Virus record (IMG/VR): IMGVR_UViG_3300023243_000074
From: an uncultured virus (IMG/VR IMGVR_UViG_3300023243_000074)
Lineage: Duplodnaviria; Heunggongvirae; Uroviricota; Caudoviricetes
Length of the DNA: 20,000 nucleotides
Direction: 5' to 3' (one strand)
The position numbers and the translations under genes are program-made. Below the pieces are notes generated by a model, which saw only the letters and a list, made by a program, of their open reading frames with translations, was not told the DNA's origin and did no database searches. The stretch's first letter is position 1; each line of letters begins with the position of its first letter. Below, in pieces: positions 15,201-20,000 of this stretch.

Positions 15201-17159
15201 GGACTTTATAACGACCTCTCCAATAAACCTAACCTCGCAACCGTCGCTACCACTGGTGCTTTCGCAGACCTAGCAAGCAAACCAAACATATCGACAGTGG
15301 GTCAGACCGGTTCTTACTCGGATATTATAGGTACTCCTACTCTTGCGGTGGTTGCAACTACGGGATCTTACAATAGTTTATTGAATAAACCAACTCTGGG
15401 TTCTGCTGCGGCGACTGATGCAACTGCTTATGCCACTGCGGCTCAAGGTGCATTAGCATCGTCAGCAACCCAGCCCAGCGATCTAGCGACAGTGGCAACG
15501 AGCGGGTCATATACAAGTTTGTCTAACCGACCTACTCTAGGAACAGCGTCTGCAGAAAATGTCGAGGCATTCGCGACTTCTTCACAAGGTGCTAAGGCAG
15601 ACAGTGCAATTCAGTCTATTGTAGGTTATGCAACAGAATCATATGTAGATTCTTCAGTCTCTAGCTTAGTAGGTACTGCTCCATCTACGCTGAACACGCT
15701 GAACGAGTTGGCAACTGCGTTGGGAGATGATCCTAACTTCGCTACTACTATTTCTAGTGCTTTAGGCGCAAAGGTGAACTCTGCAGACTTATCCGACGTT
15801 GCCACCAGTGGATTATATAATGATCTATCTGGTAAACCAACTCTAGGAACTGCTGCTGCCACGAACGCATCTGCTTATGCAACCGCGGCTCAAGGAGCAT
15901 TAGCAGACTCAGCAACACAACCAGGAGATCTGTCTGCAGTCGCAACAACTGGATCATACAATAGTTTAACTAACAGACCCGTATTGGGAACCGCTGCTGC
16001 AACTGCTGCGAGTGCATACGCAACATCTTCACAAGGTATTCTCGCGGCAAGTGCAGTACAACCTGCTGACCTAGCAACCGTTGCAACTACAGGATTATAT
16101 TCAGACCTTGCTGGTAAACCAACACTTGGAACTGCTGCTGCCACGAACGCATCTGCATATGCAACTGCTGCTCAAGGCATTGCTGCAGACAGTGCTACTC
16201 AACCGGCAGACTTGGCGTTGGTTGCGACAACTGGATCATATAGTAACTTAGAAGATAAACCAACCTTTGGAACTGCTGCAACCACTGATGCCACAGCATA
16301 TGCAACAGCTGCTCAAGGTGTACTGGCGGAAAGCGCATTACAATCAGTTGCATTCGCAGACCTGACGACTACCCCAAGTACGCTTGCTGGTTACGGAATT
16401 ACAGACGCAGCAGATAATTCATGGAGATTAGATTTCTTTGCTCCAACAACTTCTGCTCAACTTGCTTCAGTGATATCTAATGAAACAGGTTCAGGTTCAT
16501 TGGTATTCGGCACATCTCCTACTATAACGACCCCTACACTAACATCCCCTTCTGTCACAGGCGGTACAATAACCAATGCTACATTAGTTACACCAAGCGT
16601 TGCAGTTATAAATGGTGGTAGCACGGCAGGGTCAACACTAACACTAAGATCAACCGCTGGTGCAACAACAGCTACTGCTGGTGTGTTGATAGATGAAGCA
16701 ATTGTATCTACCAGTACGTCTACTGGAGCATTGGTCGTTTCTTCTGGACTAGGTGTCGGCGGTAGGTTATCTGCTAAGGAGATTTATGCAGAGTCATTAA
16801 CCGAGAAGTTGACAACTACTCCATCTAGTCTATCTGGAACAATCGGCGTTTCTTACTTGGAAGGAACTGCTCATTATCATACTGGTATATTAGGGTCATT
16901 TGTTCCAAACTTCACCAATGTACCAACAACCGATAACAGAACTATCGTATTCGTTATTATGGTGCAACAAGGTGCTGGTGGTGCATATGCCCCGACAGGA
17001 GTTCAGATAGATGGTGTGGTCACCACAGTTAATTGGGCGAATAATACATTACCTGAAGGAACCCCTAATAACATAGACCAATTCACGTTCACATTAATAA
17101 GAACATCGAATGCGTGGAAAGTTATCTCGAACGCTATTACATACGGGGCAGGTGCTTAA
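12219..17159 (+). CDS. Long tail fibre / virion fibre protein with Mtd_N-like N-terminal domain
   Basis: RIQFRRDTAANWTSANPVL..GELGLETDT..KIGNG N-terminus; two LDTLNELAAAL.DDPNFATT motifs; SGSYxDLxxKP and TDxLxEGSNLYYT repeats. Confidence 0.9.
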   Translation: MAITRIQFRRDTAANWTSANPVLGNGELGLETDTRKTKIGNGITTWNSLIYWDTIVANGVIAGLSDSAVSGLYSDLSGTPTVLSDFTNDVGYITSAAIPTDISDLTDNQGIIASFVFDGSYESLSNLPTLFSGSYDDLTDKPDFLFGGSYNSLTDLPTLFSGNYNDLTNPPNLSGYLVANDLVSYALNSTLSTYVQQIALTNTLLGYVTSNALTSTLSSYETTASLATTLSDYVQTTDIADHVTTTSILAYNYATEGYVNSSLATLVNSAPGALDTLNELAAALNDDPNFATTITNSIANKVSLVDLNSVALSGSYDDLTGRPYIYTSSDFDTDLSNKSTSDLSEGSNLYFTDARVHTVLGNVSASIVPTTDITYDLGSTTKRFRDLYLSGNSIFLGDGPIDGLVLSNVGGVFTVADESGNPASLSLSGNSTTDLSEGTHLYYTVDRDNDAFDIRIATKSTDDLTEGSNLYYTETRGEAMFDAKLAASSTDNLTEGSKLYYTETRVNTNFALKTTSNLSEGSNLYYTETRGEAMFDAKLAASSTTDLTEGSNLYYTETRVNTNFALKTTSNLSEGSNLYYTSARANNDFDLSLLGKTTDNLTEGSKLYYTETRVNTNFALKTTDNLTEGSNLYYTEARGEAMFDAKLAASYTDNLTEGSNLYFTTGRVNNQIDAYVSGGTGVSVTSGEISIGQDVSTTSNVNFNNIAAAGNVIIEGNLTVSGTTITLDAQNLSITDSMIYLNNGSTVANPDLGIAGNYNDGTYAHTGVFRDATDGTWKFYQGYLPEPDASSFIDTTHASFTYAPVRASLFTGNLTGDVVGDVTGDVTGQVSSISNHTTSNLIEGSKLYYTDSRVGIYLANNSYTTQSNVTDSIAAAATNYATSGQGTRADTALQSADVADVATSGLYNDLAGKPVLAVVATSGLYSSLIGIPNFANVATTAAYSDLSGTPALAAVAITGLYNSLSGRPSLASVATSGSYTDLINPPLLQPVATTGLYNDLSNKPNLATVATTGAFADLASKPNISTVGQTGSYSDIIGTPTLAVVATTGSYNSLLNKPTLGSAAATDATAYATAAQGALASSATQPSDLATVATSGSYTSLSNRPTLGTASAENVEAFATSSQGAKADSAIQSIVGYATESYVDSSVSSLVGTAPSTLNTLNELATALGDDPNFATTISSALGAKVNSADLSDVATSGLYNDLSGKPTLGTAAATNASAYATAAQGALADSATQPGDLSAVATTGSYNSLTNRPVLGTAAATAASAYATSSQGILAASAVQPADLATVATTGLYSDLAGKPTLGTAAATNASAYATAAQGIAADSATQPADLALVATTGSYSNLEDKPTFGTAATTDATAYATAAQGVLAESALQSVAFADLTTTPSTLAGYGITDAADNSWRLDFFAPTTSAQLASVISNETGSGSLVFGTSPTITTPTLTSPSVTGGTITNATLVTPSVAVINGGSTAGSTLTLRSTAGATTATAGVLIDEAIVSTSTSTGALVVSSGLGVGGRLSAKEIYAESLTEKLTTTPSSLSGTIGVSYLEGTAHYHTGILGSFVPNFTNVPTTDNRTIVFVIMVQQGAGGAYAPTGVQIDGVVTTVNWANNTLPEGTPNNIDQFTFTLIRTSNAWKVISNAITYGAGA
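13509..14215 (+). repeat. Intragenic tandem array of TDNLTEGSNLYYT units (87-nt and 75-nt units, 162-nt higher-order period)
   Basis: Nine units; near-identical DNA blocks at 13614 and 13776. Confidence 0.9.
14900..16345 (+). repeat. Intragenic degenerate repeats VAT(S/T)G(S/L)YxDLxxKPxLG and AYATAAQGALADSA
   Basis: Repeats visible in the protein translation; DNA copies are more diverged than in the 13.5-14.2 kb array. Confidence 0.85.
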
Positions 17160-17160
17160 T

Positions 17161-19905
17161 ATGCCATTTCTAACATCATTGGGTTTAAATGGCTTGTCTG
17201 GCGTAGCACTACTCTTGCCTTATAGTTTATTCATTAGTGAAGCTTCTTCTGTTGACGAGGGCACTGAGATCATTATATACCTTTACTCTGAGTCTGAAGT
17301 ATCGGGAATATCAGTACCATACACTATAACTGGGATAGATTCTGGTGACTTATTCAGCGGATCTTTGACCGGATCTTTTACCACATCACATAATAAAGTA
17401 TCCCAGATAGCATTGATATTATCTAATGATAGATCACTCGAAGGTGTAGAAACTCTAAGAATAGCTCTAGATGAGTACCGAGGCGTCTCTGCTAGTATCA
17501 TAGTTAATGATACTAGTGTTGCTGGTACACAAACTCCAGGATATATTATCGCTCAGATACTAGATAATCCTAATGCTTATGGTACAAGTGCTAATGATTA
17601 CTTTGGTCAGTCAGTTGCAATATCTGGTAACTATGCAATCGTTGCCGCAAATTATGAAGATGATGCTGGTGGCACTAGTTCAGGGAAAGTATATATCTTT
17701 AATGTATCAACTGGTGCGTTACTACACACCTTGGATAATCCTAATGCTTATGGTGCAGTTGCTAGCGATGCCTTTGGCAATCAGGTCTCAATATCAGGTA
17801 ACTATGCCGTCGTCGCTGCTGTTGGCGAAGATGATGCTGGTGGCATTAATTCAGGGAAAGTATATATCTTCGATGTCACAACTGGCGCATTAGTTCATAC
17901 TTTAAACAATCCTAATGCTTATGGTACAAGTCTTCTAGATTACTTTGGTCAGTCAGTTGCAATATCGGGTAACTATACCATCGTTGGTGCGAAATTTGAA
18001 GATGAAGCGGTAAGAACTAATTCAGGTAAAGCATATATATTCGATGTTTCTACTGGCGCATTAGTTCATACTTTAAACAATCCTAATGCTTATGGTACAA
18101 ATGATAGTGATCAGTTTGGTGAGTCAGTTGCAATATCAGGTAACTATGCCGTCGTCGGCGCGATTGGCGAAGGTGATGCTGGTGGCACTAGTTCAGGTAA
18201 AGCATATATATTCGATGTTTCTACTGGCGCATTAGTTCATACTCTAAACAATCCTAATGCTTATGGTACAAGTTTTCAAGATGGCTTTGGCTATCAGGTC
18301 TCAATATCTGGTAACTATGCCGTCGTTGCTACTCAACTCGAAGATGATGTTGGTGGCACTAGTTCAGGTAAAGCATATATCTTTAATGTCACAACTGGCG
18401 CATTAGTTTACACCTTGGATAATCCTAATGCTTATGGTACAAGTTTAAATGATAACTTTGGGTATTCTGTAGCAATATCAGGTAACTATGTCGTCGTCTG
18501 TGCTTATGCCGAAGGTGATGCTGGTGGCGCTAGTTCAGGGAAAGTATATATCTTCGATGTCACAACGGGTGCGTTACTACACACCTTAGATAATCCTAGT
18601 GCTTATGGTACAAGTGATAGTGATCTCTTTGGTAGGTCAGTAGCAATATCTGGTAACTATACCATCGTTAGTGCTTCACTGGAAGATGATGCTGGTGGCA
18701 CTAATTCAGGTAAAGCATATATCTATAACCTATATTCTGCAAATTGGTCATTGATGTCACAACAGGCTAAGATACAAGCATCTGATCTACAAGCAGATGA
18801 TCAATTTGGTTATTCAGTTGCAATTTATGGAAATACAGCGGTTGTTGGCGCACGGCTTGAAGACACTGGTGGTAGTAATGATGGTTCCGCATATATCTTC
18901 ACACGATCTGGTACTACATGGACACAGCAACAGAAGATACAAGCATCTGATAGACAAGCAAGTGATAGCTTTGGACACTCAGTTGCTATATCTGGCGATA
19001 CAGTAGTTGTTGGTGCTGTTTATGAAGACACTGGTGGTGCTGGTGCTGGAGCTGCTTATATCTTCACAAGGTCGGGAACTACTTGGACACAGCAACAGAA
19101 GATACAAGCATCTGATAAACAAGCAAATGATTACTTTGGATACTCAGTTGCTATATCTGGCGATACAGTAGTTGTTGGTGCCAGTTGGGAAGACACTGGC
19201 GGTCAACAGGCCGGTGCTGCTTATGTTTTCACACGATCTGGTACTACATGGACACAGCAACAGAAGATACAAGCATCTGATAGACAAGCAAGTGATTACT
19301 TTGGTGGGTCAGTTTCTATAGACGGGGATACCGTAGTTGTTGGTGCTATTGGTGAAGACACTGGTGCTAATAGTGCTGGAGCTGCTTATGTTTTCACCCG
19401 ATCTGGTACTACTTGGACTCAACAAGCCAAGATACAAGCATCTGATGCACAAGCAGTCGATCAATTTGGTTGGTCAGTTTCTATATCTGGAGATATTGTG
19501 GTTGTTGGTGCATACGAAGAAGACACTGGTGGTACTAATGCTGGATCTGCTTATGTTTTCACCAGATCAGGCACCACATGGACACAGCAACAGAAGATAC
19601 AAGCATCTGATATAGGAGCAGGTGATGGCTTTGGTCAGTCAGTTTCTATATCTGGAGATATTGTGGTTGTTGGTGCTGGTGGTGAAGACCCTTCTGGGTT
19701 TACCGATGCTGGAGCTGCTTACGTTTTCGCCCGATCTGGAACTACTTGGACACAACAAAGGAAGATACTAGCATCTGATTTCGATTCAAATGATTACTTT
19801 GGTCGTTCAGTTTCTATATATGGAAATACAGTAGTTGTTGGCGCTGACCATGAAGACACTGGTGCTGCTGATGCTGGTGCTGCGTATATCTTTACTGCTG
19901 ATTAA
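17161..19905 (+). CDS. FG-GAP repeat double beta-propeller protein with N-terminal Calx-beta/Ig-like domain (virion adhesin); likely start at MPFLTS
   Basis: 14 FG.SVAISG...VVGA..ED repeats; SVDEG...ND.SLEG.E...I.VNDTS domain; ATG 17161 lies 1 nt after the fibre stop. Confidence 0.88.
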   Translation: MPFLTSLGLNGLSGVALLLPYSLFISEASSVDEGTEIIIYLYSESEVSGISVPYTITGIDSGDLFSGSLTGSFTTSHNKVSQIALILSNDRSLEGVETLRIALDEYRGVSASIIVNDTSVAGTQTPGYIIAQILDNPNAYGTSANDYFGQSVAISGNYAIVAANYEDDAGGTSSGKVYIFNVSTGALLHTLDNPNAYGAVASDAFGNQVSISGNYAVVAAVGEDDAGGINSGKVYIFDVTTGALVHTLNNPNAYGTSLLDYFGQSVAISGNYTIVGAKFEDEAVRTNSGKAYIFDVSTGALVHTLNNPNAYGTNDSDQFGESVAISGNYAVVGAIGEGDAGGTSSGKAYIFDVSTGALVHTLNNPNAYGTSFQDGFGYQVSISGNYAVVATQLEDDVGGTSSGKAYIFNVTTGALVYTLDNPNAYGTSLNDNFGYSVAISGNYVVVCAYAEGDAGGASSGKVYIFDVTTGALLHTLDNPSAYGTSDSDLFGRSVAISGNYTIVSASLEDDAGGTNSGKAYIYNLYSANWSLMSQQAKIQASDLQADDQFGYSVAIYGNTAVVGARLEDTGGSNDGSAYIFTRSGTTWTQQQKIQASDRQASDSFGHSVAISGDTVVVGAVYEDTGGAGAGAAYIFTRSGTTWTQQQKIQASDKQANDYFGYSVAISGDTVVVGASWEDTGGQQAGAAYVFTRSGTTWTQQQKIQASDRQASDYFGGSVSIDGDTVVVGAIGEDTGANSAGAAYVFTRSGTTWTQQAKIQASDAQAVDQFGWSVSISGDIVVVGAYEEDTGGTNAGSAYVFTRSGTTWTQQQKIQASDIGAGDGFGQSVSISGDIVVVGAGGEDPSGFTDAGAAYVFARSGTTWTQQRKILASDFDSNDYFGRSVSIYGNTVVVGADHEDTGAADAGAAYIFTAD
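17560..18730 (+). repeat. 7 x 171-nt FG-GAP repeats (type A, LDNPNAYGTS)
   Basis: Unit starts at 17563, 17734, 17905, 18076, 18247, 18418 and 18589. Confidence 0.92.
18760..19900 (+). repeat. 7 x about 165-nt FG-GAP repeats (type B, QQQKIQASD)
   Basis: KIQASD-type motif at 18769, 18934, 19099, 19264, 19429, 19594 and 19762. Confidence 0.92.
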
Positions 19906-19918
19906 CCCATATTTTCAA

Positions 19919-19999
19919 TTATACTATGAATTCAGCAAGTTTCTTAAAGTCTTCCTCGGTGTACCCACTTTCTGCTGCAATACCAATACCAAATCTATA
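19919..19999 (-). CDS. 3' end of a convergent gene entering from the right edge (...YRFGIGIAAESGYTEEDFKKLAEFIV)
   Basis: Open frame from the window edge to TAA at 19919-19921. Confidence 0.45.
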   Translation of the reverse strand, partial: YRFGIGIAAESGYTEEDFKKLAEFIV

Positions 20000-20000
20000 A

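Noticed and set aside
476..19615. Numerous antisense or out-of-frame ORFs in the track (e.g. 1549..2001, 10136..10570, 13163..13507, 17573..17893)
   Set aside because: They are shadows of well-supported genes and have no motifs or start signals.
17560..19900. CRISPR-like array of regular repeats
   Set aside because: The repeats are in-frame coding units of 165-171 nt without unique spacers, and there are no cas genes.
12219..19905. Diversity-generating retroelement suggested by the Mtd_N-like domain and variable repeats
   Set aside because: No reverse transcriptase or non-coding template repeat in the window, and differences between repeats are not adenine-specific.

Overview
This window looks like part of a large T4-like (myovirus-type) dsDNA phage genome. 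The evidence is dense small overlapping ORFs, sigma70-like early promoters, T4-type late promoters (TATAAATA), an M15A endolysin, a metallophosphoesterase, a 1646-aa repeat-rich tail fibre and a double FG-GAP beta-propeller protein. The most notable part is a tailoring-enzyme island at about 4.5-9.4 kb: two divergent 2OG-Fe(II) oxygenases, two paralogous kinase-like proteins lacking the usual catalytic Asp, a Rossmann-fold protein, a GNAT-like protein and a radical SAM/SPASM enzyme. A NodU/CmcH carbamoyltransferase with an uncalled 32-aa 'DPFIY' peptide lies nearby. Other signals are a candidate structured ncRNA behind a late promoter, three early promoters whose -35 box sits inside an inverted repeat, palindromic TATATATA boxes between divergent genes, and an EF-hand membrane protein. 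All calls come from motif recognition by eye; no database searches were run.
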